In this document: piece by piece, positions 25,625 through 37,650 of the stretch
How the letters are laid out: the number at the start of each line of letters is the position of its first letter
How positions within the stretch are numbered: position 1 is the stretch's first letter
Origin: Stegostoma tigrinum
Taxonomy: Eukaryota
Assembly (NCBI RefSeq): GCF_030684315.1
Contig: NC_081362.1
Location: 97,261,187-97,325,186, forward strand
Direction of reading: 5' to 3'
Length of the DNA: 64,000 bases
Made by a program: the position numbers and the translations under genes
Notes under the pieces: model-generated
Told to the model about the DNA's origin: nothing
The model's input: only the letters and a program-made list of their open reading frames with translations
The model's database searches: none

Positions 25625-27543
25625 TAAGATAACAAAGTGTGAAGCTGGATGAACACAGCAGGCCAAGCAGCATCTCAGGAGCACAAAAGCTGATGTTTCA
25701 GCCCTAGACCCTTCATCAGAGAGGGGGATGGGGGGAGGGAACTGGAATAAATAGGGAGAGAGGGGGAGGCGGACTGAAGATGGAGAGAAAAGAAAATAGG
25801 TGGAGAGGAGAGTACAGGTGGGGAGGTAGGGAGGGGATAGGTCAGTCCAGGGAAGACGGACAGGTCAAGGAGGCAGGATGAGGTGGTAGGTAGGAAATGG
25901 AGGTGTGGCTTGAGGTGGGAGGAAGGGATGGATGAGAGGAAGAACCGGTTACGGAAGCAGAGACAGGCTGGGCTGGTTTTGGAATGCAGTGGGGGGGAGG
26001 GGAAGAACTGGGCTGGTTTTGGGATGCGGTGAGGGAAGGGGAGATTTTGAAGCTTGTGAAGTCCACATTGATACCATTAGGCTGCAGGGTTCCCAAGCGG
26101 AATATGAGTTGCTGTTCCTGCAACCTTCAACCACTTTACCAACACCTTCCACCTCAACCTCAAGTTCACCTGGGCCATCTCCAACACATCCCTCACCTTC
26201 CTGGACCTCTCAGTCTCCATCTCAGGTAACCAGCTAGAAACTGATGTCCATTTCAAACCCACTGACTCCCACAGCTACCTAGAATACACCTCCTCCCACC
26301 CACCCTCCTGCAAAAATTCCATCCCCTATTCCCAATTCCTCCGCCTCCGCCGCATCTGCTCCCAGGATGAGGCATTCCACTCCCACACATCCCAGATGTC
26401 CACGTTCTTCAAGGACCGCAACTTTCCCCCCGCAGTGATCGAGAATGCCCTTGACCGCGTCTCCCGCATTTCCCGCAATACATCCCTCACACCCCGCCCC
26501 TGCCACAACCGTCCAAAGAGGATCCCCCTCGTTCTCACACACCACCCTACCAACCTCCGGATACAATGCATCATCGTCCGACACTTCTGCCATCTACAAT
26601 CCGACCCCACCACCCAAGACATTTTTCCATCCCCACGCCTGTCTGCTTTCCGGAGAGACCACTCTCTCCGTGACTCCCTTGTCCGCTCCACACTCCCCTC
26701 CAACCCCACCACACCCGGCACCTTCCCCTGCTACCGCAGGAAATGCTACACTTGCCCCCACACCTCCTCCCTCACCCCTATCCCAGGCCCCAAGATGACC
26801 TTCCATATCAAGCAGATGTTCACCTGCACATCTGCCAATGTGATATATTGTATCCATTGCACCCGGTGTGGCTTCGTCTACATTGGGGAAACCAAGCGGA
26901 GGCTTGGGGACCGTTTTGCAGAACACCTCCGCTCGGTTCGCAATAAACAACTGCACCTCCCAGTCGCAAACCATTTTAACTCCCCCTCCCATTCCTCAGA
27001 CGACATGTCCATCATGGGCCTCCTGCAGTGCTACAATGATGCCACCCGAAGGTTGAAAGAACAGCAAATCATATTCCGCTTGGGAGCCCTGCAGCCCAAT
27101 GGTATCAATGTGGATTTCACAAGCTTCAAAATCTCCCCTTCCCCCACCGCATCCCAAAACCAGTCCAACCTGTCTCTGCCTCCCTAACCTGTTCTTCCTC
27201 TCACCCATCCCCTCCTCCCACCCCAAGCCGCACCTCCATCTCCTACCTACTAACCTCATCCCACCTCCTTGACCTGTCCGTCTTCCCTGGACTGACCTAT
27301 CCCCTCCCTACCTCCCCACCTATACTCTCCTCTCCACCTATCTTCTTTTCTCTCCATCTTCGGTCCGCCTCCCCCTCTCTCCCTATTTATTCCAGAACCC
27401 TCCCCCCATCCCCCTCTCTGATGAAGGGTCTCGGCCCGAAACGTCAGCTTTTGTGCTCCTGAGATGCTGCTGGGCCTGCTGTGTTCATCCAGCCTCACAT
27501 TTTATTATGTTGGATTCTCCAGCATCTGCAGTTCCCATTATCC
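25625..27543 (+). mobile_element. 5'-truncated PLE family A with an inverted copy of its 3' end attached upstream
   Basis: 26130-27543 encodes RT C-terminus and GIY-YIG (ORF 26396..27187). 25625-26125 is the reverse complement of the 3' end. 14-bp TSD CTGTAAATTCATCA at 25611-25624 and 27544-27557. Confidence 0.92.
27411..27450 (+). ncRNA. Minimal PLE-type hammerhead ribozyme motif
   Basis: CTGATGA-AGGGTCTCGGCCC (stem II GGG/CCC)-GAAA-CGTC in the PLE terminal repeat; PLE-associated minimal hammerheads are established. Helix I looks weak, so activity is unverified. Confidence 0.6.
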
Positions 27544-28349
27544 CTGTAAATTCATCAGTTTGGCCTGAGAAACAGTATCAGAAAAGTGACTACAAAAGCA
27601 GCTATTTCAATTTTGTTGACAGGAACTCCACCCATTTCCTCTCTGATAAGTGCCATATTCTTTATTTAAAACTGAGACATTTGCAGTCCTATTTCCGTCA
27701 TTTAAAATCTTCCATGTTTTTGACTCCAGCTCTGCCCAGAGTAACATTTACCCTGCAGCATGTACTTTCTCATCCTTTTACCCTCCTATAATGCCCCTCT
27801 CCTTTCACTTCCCTGTCCTGATTAATCCTTTCTCCTTTCCTCTGCACAATTCCCCTTACACTCCCCAGCTTCTGCCTTGCCTCTTCCTTCCAGTCTATCC
27901 CAGGCTCCCCCTTTCTCCTCGCACCCACCACTTTGTTTTCCCCAGCGGCCAGAGCTGATTCGGTGAAGGTGCTGTTTGTTGAAGTGTCCGCTCGATATTA
28001 GTGCCTCTCGGAACTGGTTAATTTTCAGCGTGACCCCACACGTTGCTTCAGTCCCACTTTGGCGTATCTGTGCCCAGACCATACGGTGAGGCAGGGGGCT
28101 CTGCCACTTTTATCGTTCTTGCAAACTCCTCTGATAAGCTCAATGAGGAACCAAAGTTTCCTGTTTCATCATTCACTCCCTCAGAATTCGCCTTCACCGG
28201 CTTCTATTGGTTATCTTCATCTACCAGAATGTGTCACCAGGGGGGGCCACAACGTCATTACAGAGCCTGCCTCTCCCCCTGCCCTGTAAGGCCCTGAGAG
28301 AATTAATTGATAATCTCACTGGACCAAGTAGTCCAAAGGCCCTGTGGTG

Positions 28350-28760
28350 ATGTCATGGTTGGATAAGCTGGGACCTTTTCCACTGGAACGTAGGAGAGTG
28401 AGAGGTGACCTGTTCAAGGTTTATAAAATCATCAGGGGTTTTGATAAGTTGAATGGCAGGCATCTTTTCCCTAAGGTTTCAAGACTGGGGGGCATATTTT
28501 CAAGATGGGAAGATAAAAATTTTAAAACAACATAGGGACATTTTCTTTACACAGAGAGCGGTGCGAGTGTGGAATGAATTTCCAGAGAAAGAGATAGATG
28601 TGGCTGCAGTTATACAGTTTAAAAACCATTTGGATAAGTACATGAACAGGAAAGGTCTGAAGGGACATGAGCCAAGGCAGGTGGGACTGGTTTAGTTTGG
28701 GAACATGGTCAGCACAGACTGGTTGGACCAAACGGTCTGTTTCTGTGACCCTATGACTGA
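28350..28760 (+). mobile_element. Old CR1 3' fragment
   Basis: LERRRVRGDLFKVYKI...FFTQRAVRVWN motifs. Confidence 0.8.
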
Positions 28761-29789
28761 TAGTGAAATTTGAATTGAATGAACTCTGGAACTGAAAGTT
28801 GCTCCAATAGTGTACATAACCAGGGTTGATTGTTATTAAAAACCAATTTGTTTCTCTCGTGCCCTTTAAGGAAGGAAATCTGCTGTCCTTACTCAGTCTG
28901 ATCAACCCGTGACTGTGATCCACCACAAGGGTTGGCCCTTAACAACCCTTAAACATAGAACATAGAACATTACAGCACAGTACAGATCCTTCGGCCCTCG
29001 ATGTTGTGCCGACCTGTCATACCGATCTCAAGCCCATCTAACCTACACTATTCCATGTACGTCCATATGCTTACTTAGAGACCAAAGTACAAGGAGTTGT
29101 TTGATGCTTTGGGAAAAACAAGTGAAACTCCAACTGGTTCAGCAGAAGCAATGTTAAACCAGGGGACACTGAGTCCAGGCTAAGTGATACCATTTGTTCT
29201 GTGTTCAGGACAGCTTAATCTAGCCCAGTTTGGACTGGTGATGGCCTAGTGGTATTATCACTAGGCAATTAGTCTAGAGAAATAACGGAAAGAGTTACAG
29301 ATGTTGGCAATCAGAAACAAAAACAGAAATGACTGGAAAAGCTCAGCAGATCTGGCAGCATCTGTGGGGAGAAAGCAGAGTTGATGTTTTGGGTTGAGTG
29401 ACCCTTCTTCAGTTCTGTCTGAAATGTTAATTTCAGTTTCAGTTTCAGATTAGAAAGAGATGCGGCCAGGTCTCAATTGAAAGCCCTGTTGCCAAGCAGC
29501 GAGAATGTCCGTGAGATTGAGAAGGATTCTGCCTGGTTGCTTTATCTATGTAGACTGCAGTTTGAACTCTGTTCATTCATTGCTGTATTTAAATACAATT
29601 CTAAGTTGACTTCCCCTGCTGGGATTTTGGAAATGTAGCAGTCCATCCAGGGGAACAGTGCGAATCACGATCTACGGGCCTGTTTAATTCATTTTATTAC
29701 TTTCTGACCTTCTGATGCTTTTATTCTCACACCAAGTGAATAACAGAAGGCCCCTCAATGTGGCGAAAATGTCATTCAGCCCATCAAGG

Positions 29790-30033
29790 CCACATCAAGC
29801 ATCCAAAGACGATCCAATCCAGGCCCACTCCCCTACCCTATCACCCTGCATTTCCCGTGTCCAATCCACCTAACCTGCACATGTTTTGGAATGTGGGAGG
29901 AAACCAGTGCACCCAGAGGGAACCACCCCAGGTACAGGGAGAATGTGTGGCGTTTGTACAGACAGTCACCCAAAGGCAGAATCAACCCTGGGTCCCTGGT
30001 GCTGTGATCTACCAGAGCTAGGCACTGTGCTGC
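29790..30033 (-). mobile_element. V-SINE (HE1-like), antisense
   Basis: Reverse complement of the SINE at 15040 and 59148. Confidence 0.7.
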
Positions 30034-30244
30034 CCAAGGAAACAAGCTCCAGGCCACTGGGCATCCAACAGCAGCAAAGGCTCGCAGTAAGATTCCAGTA
30101 ACAAAGGCTTATGTTCCACACAGTGTCTATAAGACAAGGCAGAGAGGCTGTGAGCATGTAACATGGGAAATGGAGGAGACCATTCAGGCCCTAGTGTCTG
30201 CTCCCCTGTTGAATGAGATTGTGGCTGATCTGTGACCTAACTCC

Positions 30245-30562
30245 ATGTTCCAGAGACTTTTCCCCAGGGCAGGATTGACTGCCACAAGGGGTCATAGTTT
30301 TAAGGTGTTAGGAGGAAGGTATAGAGGAGACGTCAGAGGGAGGTTCTTCACCCAGAGAGTTGTGAGCGCATGGAATGCTTTGCCAGTGGTAGTCGTGGAA
30401 GCAGAGTCATTAGTGACATTTAAGCGACTGCTGGACATGCACATGGACACCAGTGAATTGAGGGGAATGTAGGTTAGGTTATTTTATTTTTGGATTAGGA
30501 TTATTCCACGGCACAACATCGTGGGCTGAAGGGCCTGTACTGTGCTGTACTTTTCTATGTAT
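30245..30562 (+). mobile_element. CR1 3' fragment (sister subfamily)
   Basis: LFPRAG..TRGHSFKV.GGRYRGDVRGRFFTQRVV plus 3' UTR GGCACAACATCGTGGGCTGAAGGGCCTG. Confidence 0.85.
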
Positions 30563-30850
30563 GTACCTACCTTTGACCCATAATCCCTTGATACCCTGGC
30601 TTAATAAAAAATAAAGTCTATCTCAGATTTAAATTTAACAATTTGAATTAATATCAACCTCCATTTGTGGAAGAGAATTACAAACCTCTCCCTCCCTTTG
30701 AGCGTAGAAGTGTTTCCTAACATCTCTCCTTAACAGTCTGGCCTGAACTCTCGGACTATGCCTCCAGCTCTAGAATCCCCACCCAGTGGGAATAGTTTAT
30801 CTTTATCTACCCTGTCTTGTCCCATTAATATCCAAAAGACATTGATCATT

Positions 30851-31281
30851 TAAAGTTTTGGCAAAGATCTGTAGCTCGGGTTGCGGGTGAAGTTGTTGAC
30901 TTGCTCACCGAGCTGGCTTGTTCTCATTCAGACGTATCATCACCATGCTGGGTGGCATCATCAGTGGAATCTCCGATGAAGCGATGTTATTCTACTCCGC
31001 TCGGAATTTAGACTCTCCGGTCCGTTATGGTGAGCACTGTCATTTCCGGTTTTGTTCTGTATGGGTTTATATATTGGTTTTGATTGACATACGGGACCCA
31101 ATATATAAACCCATACAGAACAACTGGAAATGACAGTGCTCACCATAACGGACCGGAGAGTCTAAATTCCGAGCGGAGTAGAATAACATCGCTTCATCGG
31201 AGATTCCACTGATGATGCCACCCAGCATGGTGATGATACGTCTGAATGAGAACAAGCCAGCTCGGTGAGCAAGTCAACAAC
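30851..31281. mobile_element. Near-perfect palindrome formed by a PLE family B 3' end plus its inverted copy
   Basis: Arms 30892-31077 and 31098-31281 with a 20-nt loop. The left terminus in reverse complement resembles the PLE-B end at 13080-13140; CTGATGA...GATACGTC hammerhead-like core in each arm. Confidence 0.8.
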
Positions 31282-32661
31282 CTCATTAGTCATTCCTAAG
31301 CCTTTTAAATTCGAGAGAATAAAGGCCTAATATGTCTATCTTTCCTAATAAATGAACCCCTGAAGCCCAACTGTCATCCTTGTGAACCTGCATTGATTTC
31401 CCTCCAGAGTCAAAATATCCTCCTTACACTCTGTGCCCAGATCTGCTCACAGTGCTCTAGGTGGTGTCTAACGAGGGATTTGCACAACTGCAGCATAATG
31501 TCTACATCCCTATACTCCAGCTCTTTGCATACAAAGGCCAGCATTCCATCCAATTGGTACAGAATGACTGAGCGCCAGGAGGATTAGTGAGCGGTGCTGA
31601 GACAAACCGGTCAACCCATAAGTAGGTGCCTGTCACTGTCCCTGTTGCGGAATGTGCTGGAACAACCTGAGATGCAGCATTGAAATGTAGAACAACACAT
31701 TCAGGAAGATGCCATCAGGAGATAGTGAGGCCGGTACAAGTCGGGTGGCAGGGTCTGGTGATGAGGGCTGTTTGTATGTGCTCACTGCCAACACAGTGCT
31801 CCCTGGGACGTTGGTGCTGGTGCCCAGGGAGGAACAAGGGGTGAACAGGAATCATTCAGTCATGGCTGAGGGGAAGTCTCAGCCAGTAGTTTCTGTCGGG
31901 GGTGGGGGTGGGGGGAAATGGAAGCGGGGAGGCAGGATGATATGGTGAATATTGACAAGGTTAGATTCAGTAGTAATGGTGGTGAGAATGAGCAGTAACT
32001 CTCGTTGGTAGATCTCCTGAGACTCACTTCAGGATTCATTAGACAATACAACTTGTTGATTTAGACATTGAGAAAGGCTTCCCACAGGAAATTTCTTACC
32101 ACTCCTTCACTCCAACAGCTCACACTCCCTCACTCTTACCCCCCTCCCCATCTTTATGTCTTCACATAAACCAACATTTTCCCAGCGACCATGCATTCTG
32201 AGGAACGGTCACCGGAACGGAAACGTTACCTCTGTTTTTTTCCTTCACAGATGCTGCCAGACCTGCTGAGCTTTTCCTGCAACTTCTGTTTTTTTGTGCC
32301 TGATTCACAGCATCTGCAGTTCTTTCGGTATTCATTGAGGTATTTTTTAGTTTAGTTAGGACACAATTGTCGGCACAGGCTAGAAGGGCCGAAGGGTCTG
32401 TTCCTGTACTTCTCTTTTGATCTTTGTTCTTTTGAATAAAAGATAAAGAAATGCAGGGAGCCCAAAGCAAGATTCAGCTGTTTGTCTGTGATCTGTGAAC
32501 CGCTATTTTTAGATAATCTTTTTTAACTGGACAGCCCATTTGTTCAGTCATCTTCCTCTGTTTCATACATTTGCTAATAATTTTGGAAAGGGACCGAGAG
32601 AGACATCACACATTGTGTGGAAGAGCACAAAGTGAATGTTAGAATAATAAATGTATCTGAA

Positions 32662-32713
32662 ATGTTTAGCCCATGGCCTGTAGTCCTGGCTCTGACTGTG
32701 TGTATTGCAGTGG
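32662..32713 (+). CDS. Exon 1 (leader, MFSPWPVVLALTVCIAV-G) of the novel double-VJ Ig-superfamily receptor
   Basis: ATG followed by a hydrophobic 17-aa signal peptide and a G|GTAAGT phase-1 donor, typical of Ig/TCR-type leader exons; joins in frame to 42432. Confidence 0.75.
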
Positions 32714-33026
32714 GTAAGTACATCCTCAAAGTGGGTTCAGGTTTGTTTCATTACATCTCACAGTTTGATACCAAGGTGTCGCTTATGGTCCGAATGTTCT
32801 GCTTAAGGATTGCGAGTGGTTTGACTTGAAGGGAAAATGCAGCATCAGATATGACATTGAATCAGTCGCTCACTGAGATCAGCCCAGTCTGCAGCAGGTA
32901 TCTCCACAACAACTGGCAAGAGGATGCACTCGTCTGAATGACACCAGACCCACACACTCTGCTCCAAACTCCACACTCATGTCAATGTGATCAGTGAGTG
33001 CGAGCTGTCAGACCGTGAACGATCAG

Positions 33027-36000
33027 AGTGTGTGAGGGCGTGTTAGCTGTCACAGTGTGAGGGCGTGTGAGCAGTCAGTGTGAGGGAGTGTGAGCTGTCA
33101 CAGTGTGAGGGCGTGTGAGCTCTCGGTGTGAGGGAGTGTGTGTTGTCGTTGTGAGGGAGTGTGAGCTGCCACACTGTGAGGGGGTGTGAGCAGTCAGTGG
33201 GTGAAGGAGTGTGAGCTGTCACACTGTGAGGGCATGTGAGCTATCGGTGTGAGCTGTCACAGTGTGAGGGCTTGTGAGCAGTCAGTGTGAGGGAGTGTGC
33301 GCTGTCACAGTGTGAGGCATTGTCAGCTGTCGGTGTGAGGGTGTGTGAGCTGTCACATTGTGAGGGAGTGTGAGTAGCCAGTGTGTGAAGGAGTGTGAGC
33401 TGTCGGTGTGAGGGTGTGTGAGCTGTCACAGTGTGAGGGAATGTGAGCAGTCAGTGGGTGAAGGAGTGTGAGCTGTCGGTGAGAGGGCGTGTGAGCTGTC
33501 ACAGTGCGAGGGCATGTGAGCTGTCGGTGTGAGCTGTCACAGTGTGAGGCATTGTCAGCTGTCGGTGTGAGGGTATGTGAGCTGTCACAGTGTGAGGGAG
33601 TGTGCGCAGTCAGTGGGTGAAGGAGTGTGAGCTGTCGGTGTGAGGGCGTGTGAGCTGTCACACTGTGAGGAGGTGTGAGCAGTCAGTGGGTGGAGGAGTG
33701 TGAGCTGTCACACTGTGAGGGCGTGTGAGCTGTCACAGTTCGAGGGCATGTGAGCTGTCGGTGTGAGCTGTCACAGTGTGAGGGCGTGTGAGCAGTCAGT
33801 GACAGGGAGTGTGAGCTGTCACAGTGTGAGGGAGAGTGAGCAGTCAGTGTGAGGGAGTGTGAGCTGCCACAGTGTGAGGGAGTGTGAGCAGTCAGTGGGC
33901 GACGGAGTGTGAGCTGTCGGTGTGAGGGAGTGTGAGCTGTCACGGTGTGAGGTTGTGTTAGCTGTCACAGTGTGAGGGCGTGTGAGCAATCAGTGTGAGG
34001 GCGTGTGAGTTGTCGGTGTGAGGGAGTGTGAGTTGTCGTTGTGAGGGAGTGTGAGCTGTCACACTGTGAGGGCATGTGAGCTGTCACAGTGCGAGGGCAT
34101 GTGAGCAGTCAGTGTGAGGGCGTGTGAGTTGTCACAGTGTGAGGGTGTGTGAGCAGTCAGTGTGAGGGAGTGTGAGCTGTCACAGTGTGAGGCATTGTCA
34201 GCTGTCGGTGTGAGGGTGTGTGAGCTGTCACAGTGTGAGGGAGTGTGAGCAGTCAGTGGGTGAAGGAGTGTGAGCTGTCGGTGCAAGGGCGTGTGAGCTG
34301 TCACAGTGCGAGGGCATGTGAGCTGTCGGTGTGAGCTGTCACAGTGTGAGGGCGTGTGAGCAGTCAGTAGGTGAAGGAGTGTGAGCTGTCGGTGTGAGGG
34401 TGTGTGAGCTGTCACACTGTGAGGGGGTGTGAGCAGTCAGTGGGAGAAGGAGTGTGAGCTGTCACACTGTGAGGGCGTGTGAGCTGTCACAGTGCAAGGG
34501 CATGTGAGCTGTCGGTGTGAGCTGTCACAGTGTGAAGGCGTGTGAGCAGTCAGTGTGAGGGAGTGTGAGCTGTCACAGTGTGAGGCATTGTCAGCTGTCG
34601 GTGTGAGGGTGTGTGAGCTGTCACAGTGTGAGGGAGTGTGAGCAGTCAGTGGGTGAAGGAGTGTGAGCTGTCGGTGTGAGGGCGTGTGAGCTGTCACAGT
34701 GCAAGGGCATGTGAGCTGTCGGTGTGAGCTGTCACAGTGTGAGGGCGTGTGAGCAGTCAGTGTGAGGGAGTGTGAGCTGTCACAGTGTGAGGCATTGACA
34801 GCTGTCGGTGTGAGGGTGTGTGAGCTGTCACAGTGTGAGGGAGTGTGAGCAGTCAGTGGGTGAAGGAGTGTGAGCTGTCGGTGTGAGGGCATGTGAGCTG
34901 TCACAGTGCGAGGGCATGTGAGCTGTCGGTGTGAGCTGTCACAGTGTGAGGGCGTGTGAGCAGTCAGTAGGTGAAGGAGTGTGAGCTGTCGGTGTGAGGG
35001 TGTGTGAGCTGTCACACTGTGAGGGGGTGTGAGCAGTCAGTGGGAGAAGGAGTGTGAGCTGTCACACTGTGAGGGCGTGTGAGCTGTCACAGTGCGAGGG
35101 CATGTGAGCTGTCAGTGTGAGCTGTCACAGTGTGAGGGTGTGTGAGCAGTCAGAGTGAGGGAGTGTGAGCTGTCACAGTGTGAGGCATTGTCAGCTGTCG
35201 GTGTGAGGGTGTGTGAGCTGTCACAGTGTGAGGGAGTGTGAGTAGTCAGTGTGTGAAGGAGTGTGAGCTGTCGGTGTGAGGGTGTGTGAGCTGTCACACT
35301 GTGGGGATGTGTGAGCAGTCAGTGGGTGAAGGAGTGTGAGCTGTCACACTGTGAGTGCGTGTGAGCTGTCACAGTGCGAGGGCATGTGAGCTGTCGGTGT
35401 GAGCTGTCACAGTGTGAGGGCGTGTGAGCAGTCAGTGACAGGGAGTGTGAGCTGTCACAGTGTGAGGGAGTGTGCGCAGTCAGTGGGTGAAGGAGTGTGA
35501 GCTGTCGGTTTGAGGGTGTGTGAGCTGTCACACTGTGAGTAGGTGTGAGCAGTCAGTGGGTGAAGGAGTGTGAGCTGTCACACTGAGGGCGGGTGAGCTG
35601 TCACAGTGCGAGGGCATGTGAACAGTCAGTGTGAGGGAGTGTGAGCTGTCACAATGTGAGGCATTGTCAGCTGTCGGTGTGAGGGTGTGTGAGCTGTCAT
35701 AGTGTGAGGGAGTGCGAGCAGTCAGTGGGTGAAGGAGTTTGAGCTGTCGGTGTGAGGGTGTATGAGCTGTCACTGTGTGAGGGCGTGTTAGCTGTCACAG
35801 TGTGAGGGCGTGTGAGCAGTCAGTGTGAGGGAGTGTGAGGGCGTGTGAGCTGTCACAGTGTGAGGGCATGTGAGCTGTCATAGTGTGAGGGCGTGTGAGC
35901 TGTCGGTGTGAGGGAGTGTATGCTGTCGGTGTGAGGGTGTGTGAGCTGTCACAGTGTGAGGGAGTGTGAGCAGTCAGTGGGTGAAGGAGTGTGAGCTGTC

Positions 36001-37650
36001 GGTGTGAGGGTGTGTGAGCTGTCACAGTGTGAGGACGTGTTAGCTGCCACAGTGTGAGGGCGTGTGAGCAGTCAGTGTGAGGGTGTGTGAGGGCGTGTGA
36101 GCTGTCACAGTGTGAGGGCGTGTGCGCTGTCACAGTGCAAGGGCATGTGAGCTGTCGGTGTGAGCTGTCACAGTGTGAGGATGTGTGAGCAGTCAGTGTG
36201 AGGGAGTGTGAGCTGTCACAGTGTGAGGCATTGTCAGCTGTTCGTGTGAGGGTGTGTGAGCTGTCACAGTGTGAGGGAGTGTGAGCAGTCAGTGGGTGAA
36301 GGAGTGTGAGCTGTCGGTGTGAGGGCGTGTGAGCTGTCACAGTGCGAGGGCATGTGAGCTGTCGGTGTGAGCTGTCACAGTGTGAGGGCGTGTGAGCAGT
36401 CAGTGGGTGAAGGAGTGTGAGCTGTCGGTGTGAGGGTGTGTGAGCTGTCACTGTGTGAGGGCGTGTTAGCTGTCACAGCGTGAGGGCGTGTGAGCAGTCA
36501 GTGTGAGGGAGTGTGAGGGCGTGTGAGCTGTCACAGTGTGAGGGCATGTGAGCTGCCATAGTGTGAGGGAGTGTGAGCTGTCGGTGTGAGGGAGTGTGTG
36601 CTGTCGGTGTGAGGGAGTGTAAGCTGTCACAGTGTGAGGGCGTGTGAGCAGTCAGTGGGTGAAGGAGTGTGAGCTGTAGGTGTGAAGGCATGTGAGCTGT
36701 CACAGTGTGAGGGCTTGTGAGCTGTCGGTGTGAGGGAGTGTGAGCTGTCACAGTGTGAGGGAGTGTGTGCTGTCGGTGTGAGAGAGTGTGAGGGCGTGTG
36801 AGCTGTCACAGTGTGAGGGCATGTGAGCTGTCATAGTGTGAGGGAGTGTGAGCTGTCAGTGTGAGGGAGTGTGTGCTGTCGGCGTGAGGGAGTGTGAGCT
36901 GTCAATGTGTGAGGGCATGTGAGCAGTCAGTGTGAGGGAGTGTGAGGGCGTGTGAGCTGTCAGTGTGAGGGCTTGTGAGCTGTCACAGTGTGAGGGCTTG
37001 TGAGCTGTCACAGTGTGAAGGCGTGTGAGCAGTCAATGGGTGAAGGACTGTGAGCTGTCGGTGTGAAGGCATGTGAGCTGTCACAGTGTGAGGGCTTGTG
37101 AGCTGTCGTTGTGAGGGCGTGTGAGCTGTCGGTGTGAGGGAGTGTGAGCTGTCACAGTGTGAGGGAGTGTGAGCAGTCAGTGGACGAAGGAGTGTGAGCT
37201 GTCAGTGTGAGGGCGTGTGAGCTATCACGGTGTGAGAGAGTGTGAGCTGTAACAGTGTGAGGGCGTGTGAGCAGTCAGTGTGAGGGTGTGTGAGCTGTCG
37301 GTGTGAGGAAGTGTGAGCTGTCACAGTGTGAGGGAGTGTGGGCTGTCGGTGTGAGGGACTGTGAGCAGTCAGTGTGAGGGAGTGTGAGCTGTCACACTGT
37401 GAGGGAGTGTGAGCAGTCAGTGTGTGGGAGTGTGAGCTGTCAGTGTGAAGGAGTGTGAGCTGTCACAGTGTGAGGGAGTGTGGGCAGTCAGTGTGTGGGA
37501 GTGTGAGCTGTCAGTGTGAAGGAGTGTGAGCTGTCGGTGTGAGGGAGTGTGAACTGTCACAGTGTGAGGGAGTGTGGGCTGTCAGTGTGAGGGTGTGTCA
37601 GCTGTTGGTGTGAGGGAGTGTGAGCTGTCAGTGTGAAGGAGTGTGAGTTA
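33027..37650. repeat. ~4.6-kb G-rich modular satellite (GTGTGAGCTGTCACAGTGTGAGGG / GTGTGAGCAGTCAGTGGGTGAAGGA / GTGTGAGCTGTCGGTGTGAGGG)
   Basis: Direct inspection shows ~22-25-bp modules in shuffled order with larger duplicated blocks; it lies in intron 1 of the receptor gene. Confidence 0.97.

Noticed and set aside
32560-32580. Ig-promoter octamer upstream of the leader
   Set aside because: The sequence is ATTTGCTA, not ATTTGCAT; too weak to call.
33027-37650. Array as a set of functional RSSs or D segments, or His/Thr-rich proteins on the minus strand
   Set aside because: Heptamers lack nonamers at 12/23 spacing, the V exons are already joined, and the ORFs are repeat artefacts.
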